Source: Tubiluchus corallicola (lineage: Eukaryota > Animalia > Priapulida). Taken from it: a stretch of DNA of 64,000 nt. Positions 52,054 to 64,000 of this stretch are shown here, piece after piece. Numbering within the stretch: position 1 is the stretch's first letter; each line of letters starts with the position of its first letter. The stretch is from positions 62,001 to 126,000 of the forward strand of contig JAQGDQ010000454.1 of NCBI GenBank assembly GCA_030141605.1, in the 5' to 3' direction. Position numbers and translations under genes: made by a program. Below the pieces are notes generated by a model. It was not told the DNA's origin. It saw nothing but the letters and a program-made list of their open reading frames with translations, and ran no database searches.

Positions 52054-52518
52054 AACCTCGTGATTTCTGGACATTTCCTGCGACCACTTCGCGACAGGTC
52101 ATTTAAATCAACGTTAAACCAGTAGATCAGTGAAGTTAATAGTGATTTTGCTTCGTTCGTGTTATTTTTCTATCGTACTTTTTCTTGTTTTTTTTGAGCT
52201 GTAGATTCGTGGATTAACCTCATGATTTCTAGACATTTTCTGCGACCATTTCGCGACAGGTCATTTAAATCAACGCAAAACCAACGTAAAATCAGTGAAG
52301 TTAAGCATGATTTTGCATCGACCGTGTTCTTTTTCCATCTTACTTTTCCTTTTTTTGAGTTGTAGATCCGTGGATTAACCTCGTGATTTCTGGACATTTT
52401 CTGCGACCATTTCGCGACAGGTCATTTAAATCAACGTAAAACCAGTAAATCAGTGAATTTAATAATGATTTTGCTTCGTTCGTGTTCTTGTTCTATCTAC
52501 TTTTTCTTTTTCTGAGCT
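52054..52518. repeat. 161-162-bp tandem repeat, about 3 copies
   Basis: Units start at 52054, 52216 and 52377 (aacctcgtgatttctggacatttt...). Confidence 0.92.
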
Positions 52519-52876
52519 TTTTCTGAATTTTTCGCATTTTGATGGCCATTCAAATCATCACAGACTTGTTTATCAATGAACTTATTGGATATTTCGCTTC
52601 GCTTGCTGGAATTGTTAAATTTTGTGCAGCGTGTTTTGACAAATTAACAAAGCTACTGATGAACAATTCTACAGCACTTTAGATCTTCTTGAACTTGCAC
52701 ATCAGTGAAGCTATTAGTGGCGTCGGTTCCTTTTTTGCTGAAATTTAGTATCTATGTATTTAATGAAGCCACTTGTTCAATGAAGACAAATAGCGATTTG
52801 AATTGTTTCTATGAGCGATTATGTAATTTCGTGATTAGTATTTTTTGCATCTTTTATTAAGTGATTCGTGATTTTC

Positions 52877-52925
<49 letters not shown>

Positions 52926-53025
52926 CCTCTGTGTGTGTGTGCGTGTGCGTGCGTGCGTTCATGTGCGTGTCTCTCTTTTTCTCCCCTCTCTCTCTCTCTC
53001 TCTCTCTCTCTCGTTCTCTCTTCTC

Positions 53026-53081
<56 letters not shown>

Positions 53082-53628
53082 CTCCATTAATGAAAAGCAT
53101 TATGTAATTGGCTTATTTACGTGTAGTTTACTTTCGTCAAAAACTGGTAAACTAGTAAAAGAAGTGCAATCAAGTAAAATCAAGTTGTTGTTTCAAAGTC
53201 GATGGTGTGCCGACAGTTCTCTCGATTACTTGGTGCCAGTTTTCCTAAACGGTTAGAGTTTTTCTATCATTCTCCAACATTATCTGTTTTGGTAATCGCG
53301 TTTCACTCGCCCTCTATTGCCGGTAGAGAGTTGTTCACTTGTTCATTCAACTTTTTATACTCTTCTGATGTTTTGATACGTGTCGATTCTGTTTGTTGGT
53401 TCTACTTCGCCAAGAGGTCGATCTCTTTGATCCTCGACTGTTTCTGTTATTGTTTGAGCTTCTGAAGTCAATACAGTCATGATTTTTCTTGCTCTGGTTG
53501 AGATATTTGGTTGTTGGTTTAGCAGTGAAGTGCTGCTGTTGTCTTACGTGAACTGACTTATATAACTGAACCATAACAATGTGTCTGAAGTGAATAGATC
53601 TGTACTTATTTGAAATGAGAGAGAGAGA

Positions 53629-53712
<84 letters not shown>

Positions 53713-54302
53713 TGGAGAGGTAAGAAGTGTAGGGAAGGAAATGGAAAGGAAGGGAGGGGCAGGGGAGGGCAGAAAAGAAAAGAAAAGAAGAGAAGAGAAG
53801 AGAAGAGAAAATAAAAGAAAGTAATGAGTGATTATCAGTTAATGGAGTGAACTTGCAATTATCGAGTTTTGAAACCAATCTTGCCCAAAAGATGCAAGTA
53901 TGAAAAAATTGGAATTGAGTCTACATTCGAACCAAAGACTTTTGAAGATCAAAAACATTGCCATTGTGTTTAGTCAATATGTCTAGCCCCTTTTTATTGT
54001 AAGAGGTCTCAAGCTTTAGTTACTGAGCCATACTGGGATCGAATTAGGGCCTGCTATGATCACGGGGACGATTATTCGACTTGTAACGCAAAAGTGCCTG
54101 GTACAAATTCAGGCCTAGTCCGCATTCCTTTTTGATCCGATAGTCAAATTTGGTTTCAAATATTCGGTAATTGTGGGTTCATTACATCATAGGGCTCACA
54201 TTACATGACCTACAGGCAAGGGATGTCATAGATGTCATATATATAAAATTAGGTATAACAGCGCAGGTATCAAGTCTTTCTCTTGTATCCAATAATGTGA
54301 TC

Positions 54303-54982
54303 TTAAAGCACAAGAAAACCCTCTACTTTCATAAAGCTTAAAAATTTGTCTTCAAAATTTATCACACCTACATACTGCCTTTTGCATGCAGAGCTTGCGT
54401 TGGCAGTAACACTGTGTAAAACATGTAAATTTAAACTCCTACGCTTTGAAACAGGAAGGTCGTTTGAAACAAATTTAGATAACATTGCGTGACGTTTGAA
54501 AAAAATAATCATAGCATTTGTAACACACATGTTACTAACTAAGTAACTTAAATTACTGTGTCTTGTCAATAAGATTAAAAATACGTTTATTGAAAAATAC
54601 ATTAAAAATAACACTAAAAAATACCTTCTGGAGGGTGAGCCAGCGACATTTTACCAATGGCCACAAACATTTTAAATAATTGTTTCTAGTTACATAAGTC
54701 TTTCCAGCAGGTAAGCGACATGCTAAGTAATTATAAAATTGCATAGAAAGTTTTTTGGGACATAATTTAACATTTCCTTTTCTTCCTCTGATTTACGTTG
54801 TGTGTATATGACGTCATGTAATGGCGCCGTCTGAACTGTATTGCGGGAAATTTAAAATGCAAACAAACAAAAATTCCTTTCGACGCGAGTACAATATATG
54901 CATAAAATTGCTGTAAAGCAATATAATGTTTTAAGGCGGTTTCCTAAAACCTACTTCAGGTACCCCTTTTGTTGTCCGTTAA
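54303..54982 (-). mobile_element. Family B MITE, full length
   Basis: TTAAAGCACAAG ... TTGTCCGTTAA; reverse complement of 25706-26368. Confidence 0.9.
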
Positions 54983-55454
54983 TCACAGTCCTGCACCGGT
55001 GCAGGAAATTGGCCACTGTCTCAAATGAGGGTCTTTTCCAGCGAATAGAAAAATAGAAACTGGCTCCACGTTTGGCTAAATGTAGGTTAATGACGCATGT
55101 CATACGGATGTCTCCTTTCTTCCGGACACGGAGACATTTTTGACAACGAAATTTGCGTTTCCAAGCATCCCATGAGTTTGTCGACATTACTCTGTAACTG
55201 TCTTACCTGTCTGTTTAGTTTATTTACGGCCTGTGCCACTTGTGCTAGGAAGACAGATTCAGACTGCTTGGGCCTCTTCAGTTTTACTGCTTTGCTGTTT
55301 TAAGTTTGTTGATATTGTGAATCATAATATGCACAGCAGGAAGAGGGGATCAGGATTCAGGAGGGAGTAAGGGAGGGATTTTACCGCTCAGCGGGAGTAG
55401 ATGGATTGTTGATATCTCCTGATCTGTACAGTGAATCAAGCAGTTCGAGAGGTT

Positions 55455-55698
55455 TACTCGTGTTAGTCTTCTGTGGGCAAAATATCTAATGCTTATGGCT
55501 GTCTACTCCTGTTAGTCTTGTGTGGCCGAAATATCTAATGGTTATAGCTGTCTACTCGTCTTAGTCTTCTGTGGCCGAAATATCTAATGCTTATGGCTGT
55601 CTACTCGTGTTAGTCTTCTGTGCGCAAAATATCTAATGCTTATGGCTGTCTACTCGTGTTAGTCTTCTGTGCGCAAAATATCCAATGTTTATGGCTGT
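55455..55698. repeat. 49-bp minisatellite, 5 copies
   Basis: Unit ctactcgtgttagtcttctgtgcgcaaaatatctaatgcttatggctgt. Confidence 0.93.
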
Positions 55699-55892
55699 TA
55701 CATCTTTTGCAAGACGTGGAGAAGCGACTGTAATTTATGTGACTTCAACAGACTTAAATTATAAATAAATAAATTTATAATTAAAGTCTCTTGAAGCTGG
55801 AGGAACCAATGTCTGTTTTGTCACCTTTTTTGGTTGGTGTTTCATTTTGAAGTTCTAGCATACAGTTTGCTGATTTATATACACAAGCCAGT

Positions 55893-56595
55893 CAAGTTGT
55901 TCCAGGCAAATCATCTGATCTTGGGCAAAACAGGGATTTTTGATTAAAGGTTCTAAGCAAGTCAGTTCCTACTGCTGTGGCATTTCTGTGAACTGTGCCC
56001 TTTGGTCTTTCATTTTTTGGGAAGTTAGTATCCGATGCAGGACAATTCACATTTTAAAGAATGTTTTACAACTGATACTCTGTGGGCAAAATATTATGGC
56101 TCTTACACCTTTTGCTAATCTACATATACGCACAACTTGTGACCATTTGTAAGTGATAAAAACTACCTGTTTGCGTTTTTTATGAAGTAAGAAAGACTAA
56201 AGTTAACAGAGAAACAATGTCTACCAAAAATTTCTATCGATATTAGTAGAAGGGGGATTTCAAACAGCTATAGCAATGCTGGATGAGATGACATCTACTG
56301 CCTAAGACTAGGAAGATGGAAACAGGTGGAGGGGCATTTTGAAGAGAGTGAAGTGGGAAGACGAAAACACATGGGATGGGAAACTGGATCAAAACAAGTG
56401 AAAAGACTAACAGGTCTTACAAGTTGTTCCAGGCAAATCATCTGATAATGGAAAAAATGTGGATTTTTGATTAAAGATTCTAGGGAAGTAAGTGGTATTT
56501 GTGTGAACTGTGCCCATTGGTCTTTCATTTTTTTGGGAAAGTTAGTATCTGATGCAGAACAGTTCACATTTTAAAGGATGTTTCATAATTGATAT
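55893..56595. repeat. Direct repeat pair of about 180 bp (55893-56075 and 56420-56595)
   Basis: Both start caagttgttccaggcaaatcatctgat and end ttcacattttaaag.atgttt. Confidence 0.85.
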
Positions 56596-56658
56596 TAAGT
56601 AACCTCTTAGTCCTTGGGACTCCATCTTGTTCGTTTATGTGAGCATTGAAAATATCGT

Positions 56659-57192
56659 TTAAAGGAAAAGCTAAGCATTCTGGGAAGTTAGACTTATTTA
56701 AATGCTTCTTTGAAATGCTCGCAAAGAATGTTAGGAGGATCTAGTGATAAAAGTGTGATAAGCGCCTCGTGCAATTATTAAAATCAGTTTAAAGTCGCGG
56801 TCATTTTGAGCGCCATTTTGAACACCAGTGACGTCGTTCAGCAGCTGAAGAAAAGCAGCACTTGATTTCCGTCAAAAGTATAATATTTGTTTACAAAAAT
56901 TGGATAGCTAATTTTTTTTGGATGTTTTTGCGTGAACGTCAGATGAGCTGCAGACCTTTGAATTAGTTTAAACAGCGTGCTTGCAGAAATCCACGATGCG
57001 CTTACGAAAAGTCGACCAGTTACGCGAAATCCACCAGTTACGTCATCATTTTCAAATGAATGGCAGCTACCAGCCGTAGTATAAATCGGCATTATGCTTT
57101 ATTGTTTTTTCCTAGTTTGTTTGTTATATTTTTCTAAGTTTAAGTGATAACAGCAAAATGAACCCAGCACGACTTGGTGACTTTTCCTTTAA
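56659..57192. mobile_element. TTAA-flanked Kolobok-like MITE (single copy here)
   Basis: TTAA-AGGAAAAG ... CTTTTCCT-TTAA termini. Confidence 0.65.
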
Positions 57193-57226
57193 ACACTGTA
57201 ATAGCAACTCTTCATCTCAAAAGCTT

Positions 57227-57429
57227 AGGGATGAGTATGAGGTGTTATAATAAGAGGAATCTTTGGACTTTATAGATCCAGACCTTGTTTATGCTGGGTT
57301 TTTTTTGGACGCCTGTATAAATATCTGTAAGGGATGAGTATGAGGTGTTATAATAAGAGGAATCTTTGGACTTTATAGATCCAGACCTTGTTCATGCTGT
57401 TTTTTGGACGCCTATATAAATATCTGTAA
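57227..57429. repeat. Tandem duplication of about 103 bp
   Basis: agggatgagtatgaggtgttataataagagg... at 57227 and 57330. Confidence 0.92.
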
Positions 57430-57646
57430 AGTGTGAATTAGAAAGCTGAATAGATTATTTCTAATTTTTTAATCTTTCATTCAGAGATTAGATGCTTACC
57501 TCTATTCTCTAAGTCTCTATGGATCTTGTCTTTTTAACTCGTTATTTCACAGTCTTCCCTTCTGTTTCTCTCTCTCACTGTCTTTCTCTCTTCCTCCTTC
57601 TCTCTCTCTCTCTCCTTCTCTCTCTCTCTCCCTTTCTTTATCTCTT

Positions 57647-57737
<91 letters not shown>

Positions 57738-58249
57738 CTTTCTCTATCTCGCACCACTTCCGTCTCTCTCCTCCTCCCTACCTCCCTAGATCTCTACCTT
57801 CACTACCAATCCTGTCCTTCAACGGCTGATGAATTTAGTCCCGTATCTTCAATAGCTGCTACGTTCTTCACATATTCTGGACTAGACTTGGAAAACAGGC
57901 TGTAAGAGGTGCACTAGCGGCTGGTCGAGTAAACAATTCGGCAGGTTATCTGGGTCTAAACGTTCTTTCACCATGGTAAGTGATCATAAGAAACTGTAAA
58001 CTATTATCAGTAATATTACTGCCAGCAGCTGTTACCATATGTCACGATACGCACTGGCTTCCCAGAAAGGTAGTTGAGATGTGCAGCCTTCAGCCGGTCT
58101 ACTAACCGATGTACGGTCATCAGCGAGGTACGGCACGGATTTCTAGAAAGAGCAGGACACACTGACGTGAGGGTTGTGATGAACGTTTCTCAACGTGATT
58201 GTTGATAGATGTTAATCCATCTATCCACCTCCACCATCTTCACCAGCCC

Positions 58250-58332
<83 letters not shown>

Positions 58333-58689
58333 ACTCTCTCTCTCTCTGTGTCTCTCTTACTCTCTCTTTCTCTCCTCTCTCTCTTCCCTTCTTTCTCTTT
58401 TTTATTATTCTTCCCTTTGAGTCCTCTCACTGCCTATTCCCCCTACATTCTTTCCCCATCTCTGTCCTTTTCTCCCTGTCCGCAAAAGTCTCTTGCAGTC
58501 TCTTTCTCTCTCTCCTTTTCTCTGTCTCTCTCCCTCTCCTTCTGTCTTTGTCTTTCTCCCACATGTGTTCCACCATTTCTTGCTACATTCTCTCTCCCTC
58601 TTTGTCCACTTCTCTCTGCTTCGTTTTGCCGCTCTCCCTTTTTTCTCTCTATTTTCCTGCATCTCTTCCACCTTTATCTTCCTTTCCAG

Positions 58690-59170
58690 GAAGCTGCAGA
58701 ATAAGCTCATCTTCCCCCTTGATTACCCAAACAGCTGTGTTGTATCCATGCCTGATTGAGCATATCTTTGGGGCCAGGATTTATTTGTGCTCATTGGCTG
58801 TTATCTTAGCAGATGTTGGGGTCATCCCAGTCGTTATACCCGTCAATCAGTCCACTATTAGCCTCTCTTCGTTTCCTCAATGCTTTTATTGGCTTTCATG
58901 GTAGCTTTCCTGTATGTCCAATATGGCAGATTATTATCTCTCATAACAGATTTTGCTTTGTAAGAAGTTTTTGACATTCGGTCAGCTCCATCTTCTAGTT
59001 AATCAATCGTGTTTTTATTTGAACCAATGCAATGCCTCCTGTTGTATCAGTCAATGGTGTTTTAGGTGTGATCTAAGAAAAATGATATAAAAGAATGTTC
59101 CAATATTCGAAAATTTGTATCTTGTTTGGCACTTATCTAATGTAGCTTTTCTATATACAGACCTGCTCTT
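58690..59170 (-). mobile_element. Highly decayed RTE-like LINE 3' remnant
   Basis: Fragmentary minus-strand motifs (GH..R, GKRRRG..WTD..TGM) across frameshifts. Confidence 0.35.
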
Positions 59171-59629
59171 GTTTAAAGCATTTTTTTATAATTATCACCA
59201 ACTTCCAACAAATCTATTTTCGCGGTTTTGCAAAGCGTTTCAAGCGAATTTGTTGTAACAGCTTTTTCCTTTTCGCGAAATTGGATTTTCATTTTTGTTT
59301 CAAAAACATTGTTCCAGAAACTAAATTGAAAATAATTTAGAGAGAATTTTTCCCTTGTGAGTGAGGTATTTATTTTACGTTCAGTGAATAGAAAATTAAA
59401 CGGGCAATGTCTTATCATTAAACTGATTTAATTTTACTGATGTAGTGAACATATTTTAACGTTTTTGCTAAGTTTTTATTACGTATTCTATAATGTCGCA
59501 AGACGTTTTTCTGACGTTTATTTATTCATCAGGAGCTTTGCCACGTTTTCATGACGCTATCATACCTCATTTGTTTAAAATTATCCTAATATTTTCATTT
59601 CCTGAAACATATTGCACAACTATAAACGC

Positions 59630-60140
59630 TTAAAGAAGACCGGACGATTGTTTAGACTCAATCTCATTTTAATTTACTGTCCAAAATATACATTTTCTTG
59701 CCTATAAAAGTTAACAATTTTTTCCTTATATTTGAATAATTAGCTTAGAAAGTTAATTGACGGCAACCGAACGCAGCTATTGCTCACGTCAGAAACTAAC
59801 CACAGTTTGTGCAATGGAAGGCGCATCAAGCACATTTGCGTAAGTTTACAGTACTGTTTAAATGCATGATGTCACGAAAAATAGGCTTTACATCATATGA
59901 CGTCATGGAACTAACACTGCAGTTCATGCTCATGTTTATCACGGTACCGCCTTCTATTTGACAAAAAGGCACCCCTGTCATCTTAGTAGATTCACTGAGC
60001 CGCGCGTAGTTTTAAAAGTTTGACGAAATTTGAGTATCCGAGGTAATTATTATTTAATCTAGGATTTGATTTAAAAAAAGCTTTTGTGGTTTTCAACATC
60101 TTAGAGCATTATTTGTTTTGAACTAATAATAGTTACATAA
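59630..60140 (-). mobile_element. Family E MITE
   Basis: Reverse complement homolog of 23328-23859 (e.g. acgtcagaaactaaccacagtttgtgcaatgg; aaatttgagtatccgaggtaattattatttaa). Confidence 0.85.
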
Positions 60141-60404
60141 TTGTTACATATGATATAACATTATATAGATAATTTAGCAATTTACCTTACTGATTACATA
60201 TCTTTATCTATATAATGTTATTTCATATATCTTTCGTAGGTCATACTTAGTACTTTAGTCTGTTTTGACTTTCATGAGGTTTTTTCGTGGTTTTCTAAAG
60301 TGTCGCGTGCATCAAACGTATTTTCTGGATAAACTCTGTTCTTTGTGAAGTTAATCAAGTCTTTTGGCTTGCCAAATATTTAATGCATCCAACGCTAAAG
60401 CTAA

Positions 60405-60444
60405 CCGGAACCCGGAAGTGACGCAAGTGGTGACATCACGTGTC
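60405..60444 (+). promoter_or_regulatory. Candidate promoter elements for the 60445 exon
   Basis: CCGGAA and CCGGAAGTG (ETS) overlapping TGACGCAA (CRE/bZIP-like), then CACGTG (E-box) at 60437; NRF1-like TGCGCATGCG at about 60597. Confidence 0.5.
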
Positions 60445-60571
60445 ATGGGTGCAATACAGAGTAAAAACAAGAGAAAATTATCTCGTAGTACCACAGCCAG
60501 TATTTCGACAATAGCGACCTCACCCGCTACCGCCACCTATTGGGAGTCTTATTGGCAAGCCATATTAAATG
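60445..60571 (+). CDS. GRIP: Probable alternative first coding exon of GRIP with N-myristoylation motif
   Basis: ATG 60445 gives MGAIQSKNKRKLSRSTTASISTIATSPATATYWESYWQAILN, then G|gtaaga (phase 1), in frame with the PDZ1 exon 1054 bp downstream. Promoter-like ETS/CRE/E-box cluster lies immediately upstream. Confidence 0.7.
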
Positions 60572-60954
60572 GTAAGAATAGAATGGTGTGTAACATTGCG
60601 CATGCGCTATGAAAATTGACCATGTTCAAAAGTGATAACTAAGTGTGGCAGGCTCAGGCTTTTACGATTTGTTCATCAAATTGAGAGCTGTGACTGAAAG
60701 ACCTCTAGTGGTTTGCAGTGTAAATTTCTGAGTCTGAGAAGTCTGTTTAAGGGGAGGTCCAGCATTGGCCAAGCCAGCGACTCAGTAGAGTGAGACAGTT
60801 TTAAGGTCATCATATGGTCATTTGGAACCCCCTGGGTGACCAGTTATTTGGAGATGAACTGGCAAAACTTGTGGCTTTGTTAGACTTAATTCTGGTCTTT
60901 GAATTTCAATAGTGATTAACTCAAGTGCTAACTGGTCTCAGTATATTATTTCAG

Positions 60955-61128
<174 letters not shown>

Positions 61129-61625
61129 TATTCTCCGTAACTATAACGCTTAATAATTCGTAAGCCTTGCAAGCTAAGGGCCACGCTCAAGTAAAAAAAT
61201 CGTCGTTATAATGAAGCCTTGCGTCATTAAGTGAGTAAAATGTGTTAAATTCAGCGTCCTAAAAAAACCCATCGCTAAACGGGGAGTCGTTAAGCAAAGA
61301 CTTACTGTACATCAAATGAAAGGTCTTAATGAGACAAACTGAATGGTATAAGTTATGCCACAATTGATTGACCTCTAACCCATGGATCATTGATAAAAAA
61401 TTTGCAAGTTACAAAAATTCGCTGTGAAGCCCAGTTCCTGTGTAATCAAGCAACAACGAAAATTCAGCAAAATATAAATTATAATTTTCAAGCAAATGAC
61501 TAGCGTCCTTGCTGGGACCAATTCTGTAACAATTGTTTGGAAAATCTTCAGTTTCTGACCACGTCAGAAACATAGTGAACTAGTTTAGAACTGTCATCTC
61601 CTGATTTTTTCATTTTTTCTTGCAG

Positions 61626-61761
61626 AGGAAAAACGAGGAGTAGCCGTGATTGAGTTGCACAAAAAAGAGGGTTGTAATCTCGGCTTGACCGTCTCAGGAG
61701 GAGTCGATAAAGGATGCAAACCATTCATATCCAACCTCCGACCAGGGGGCGTTGCACACAG
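61626..61761 (+). CDS. GRIP: GRIP-family exon encoding the N-terminal half of PDZ1
   Basis: Polypyrimidine acceptor (ttttcattttttcttgcag|) and donor AG|gtcaat; 136 bp, phase 1 to phase 2. Translates (E)[44 protein letters not shown](R), closely matching recalled vertebrate GRIP1/GRIP2 PDZ1 ([46 protein letters not shown]). Not in the supplied ORF track. Confidence 0.95.
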
Positions 61762-62099
61762 GTCAATATGGTTGCTTAAAAATAATTTCACACCACATAG
61801 TTTACATTTATTTATGACTTGATTTTCTCTCATTCAAATGCCTAAATAGTTGATTTGAACCTAGCAGTCTGAATAAACAAATACAGTGAGCAGTAAACCA
61901 TCAAAGTGTGAACAGGTTTCCAAGACAACAAAACAAGCACCATTTCAGGCAGTAAAATTTAAGTACTTTTTGGCCCAGCATAACTGCCAGGCCAAGTATT
62001 GTTCTCGCACTTTAAATTTTATTTCCAGGATTCTACACCAGAGGGCTCATCAGTATTGTTTAAAAAAATCTTTTAAGAAAGGTCATAAAGAGCAAATTC

Positions 62100-62775
62100 T
62101 TTACTACCCCATTTTCAAGTCTGATAAAAAAAATATACATTTTAACACAATTAGTACTGCAAAAGCGTTTCTGTTAATTAAATAAATGATTAAAAACTTA
62201 ATTAACGGCTAGCGAGAACAACTATTGATAACATCACGAAATGGAGCGTGTTACACGTGTTTGCGAAAGCGAAAATTGAAGTACAGTGCTACTGTAGGCG
62301 ATTCAGTGAGTTGTAGTAAAACTAGTCAAGTTTTAAAGATAAAAATTCAAAATTACCGCCGTGCTCACGCATAGCTGTCGAGCGAGTGTACTTTTAACAC
62401 AATTAATACTGCAAAAGCATTTCTGATAATTGAATATTAGATTGAAAACTTAATTAACGGTGGGCGAGCCCAACTATTGATGACATCACAAACTGACATA
62501 ATTTTCCACAGCAAAATGTTCCACGAGCGTGTTGCACGTGTTTGCGAAAGCGAAAATTGAAGTACAGCGCTACTGTAAGACATTCAGTGTGTTGTACTAA
62601 AACTAGGAAAGTTTTAAGATAAAATTCAAATTTCAAATTTACCGCGTAAATGCACGTAACAGCGAAGAACTAACGTAATAATTCTTTTGAAAAAAACCAG
62701 TATGCTTCCTTTTAATATTTTAAGGAGTAGATTGTTTTGACCAACAGTTTAAGATTGGGCCCAGTGTTGCTTTAA
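62100..62775 (-). mobile_element. Family A MITE with internal tandem duplication and deletion
   Basis: Block about 62140-62385 repeated at about 62390-62645; ends GTTGCT-TTAA. Confidence 0.85.
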
Positions 62776-64000
62776 ATACAAGCCTACTATGCAAAAGTCA
62801 GGCTCTCGCCCACAATAAATTTTGGAGGCATTTTAACCAAAAAGTTTAATACCTTTGAACATTATGTGACTAACTGCATATTACGTAGGGACCATCAGTT
62901 TGTCAAAACGCAACACGGCTTTCTGCAAACTCGGCTGCGTTAACTAAAGGGTTAAGGTTAATAACTTAATATCGTAGTGGTAGCGTGCGTGACATAAACA
63001 TCTCGTAAATGCCGAATTATCAGGAATTTTTATATTCCATCTTAAAATCCTAGAATAAACGGCTGGAAATGTAGCACGCGCCAGGTGCATTGTGGGAAGA
63101 ATGGAATGTGTCACGTGAGAAGCTGTTGCGGCATTCTGTGGCCTCCCAAGCCTGCTAAGAATTTCATTGCCAATTGCCAAATATATCTTTTATTGTCAAG
63201 AATGCTGTTTTTCTGAGTCATCATCATTATCATCGTCATCACTCATCACTAGTCATCCATTTTGTAGTCCATCGTTATTACTTTTAGTCTTTGTCGCTCC
63301 GATTAGTTATATATGTTTGCATCTGCAACACCCGTTATTGTCAATACCATTATTATCAATATCAGTGTCATATTACTGTCCTCATTGTCACTGTCATCAT
63401 CATAAACATCATTGTTATCGTTTTCGTCCTTATCACTGTTGTCACAGTTTTTGCCGCTATCAGTGCAATTGTCATTATTATTATTTGCCAACGTCATCTC
63501 CACACCATGATCATTATAATCTTCTTCATTGCCGTTATGATTATTATCATTGTCATTGTCGTCATCATTATCATCACCATCATCGTTTCCATCATCATCA
63601 TCGTCGTCGTCATCGTCGTCATCATCATCATCATTATCTCCAATACTGCTGCCATTGTCATTGCTGCCGTCATTATAGTCGTTATGATCATCATTCTCAT
63701 CACGTGTTTTTTTTCATTATCATCTTGAAAGCTGTTTGTTATAAAGTTCTTTCTTCCCATCCTGTACTAATTATCTTTTACGAGTTTTCTTCTCTTTCGA
63801 TCTTTCCGTTTTTTTCGCTCAGCGGGTTGTATTTTTCACTTTTGTTCAAGGTCACACTAGGATGCTGAAGCCATTCATAAGCCATTACAGTAATTAGCTA
63901 AAGGAGTAGTGGTAATCCCATAAAGTATAATCCCCACTTCCTGTTTACTCCCTAAAGTATTGCAAACTTCCCCTTTAAGCTACTGAAGATTTAAGTTCTC

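Noticed and set aside
53160-53600. Possible decayed LINE coding remnant on the minus strand (also 6230-6480)
   Set aside because: Motifs too degraded to assign by eye.
53900-54130. tRNA-like fragments
   Set aside because: No complete cloverleaf; at best decayed SINE heads.
57973-57981. caccATG|gtaagt strong donor
   Set aside because: Phase 0 relative to the ATG; the phase-1 frame has TAA at 57957 and no ATG after it. At most a non-coding exon.

Overview
AT-rich, repeat-dense animal genomic DNA (probably an invertebrate bilaterian; the taxon cannot be fixed from this window). Nearly all of it appears to be intron or upstream sequence of the 5' end of one plus-strand gene, a GRIP (glutamate receptor-interacting protein, multi-PDZ scaffold) homolog. 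The gene is recognised from a PDZ1 exon (61626-61761) and a preceding 117-bp exon (50637-50753). Three well-supported candidate alternative first coding exons (29951-30041, 43488-44031, 60445-60571) and one weaker one (49412-49467) all end in a phase-1 GT donor compatible with those exons. One encodes an N-myristoylation consensus plus a polybasic patch (MGAIQSKNKRK). The rest is non-autonomous DNA transposons (several TTAA-flanked Kolobok/T2-like families and hAT-like MITEs, some with near-perfect 8-bp TSDs), LINE 3' remnants, 5S-derived fragments, a Penelope-like inverted repeat with hammerhead ribozyme motifs, minisatellites and microsatellites. Most ORFs in the supplied track are repeat artefacts. 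All homology statements are from memory; no searches were run.
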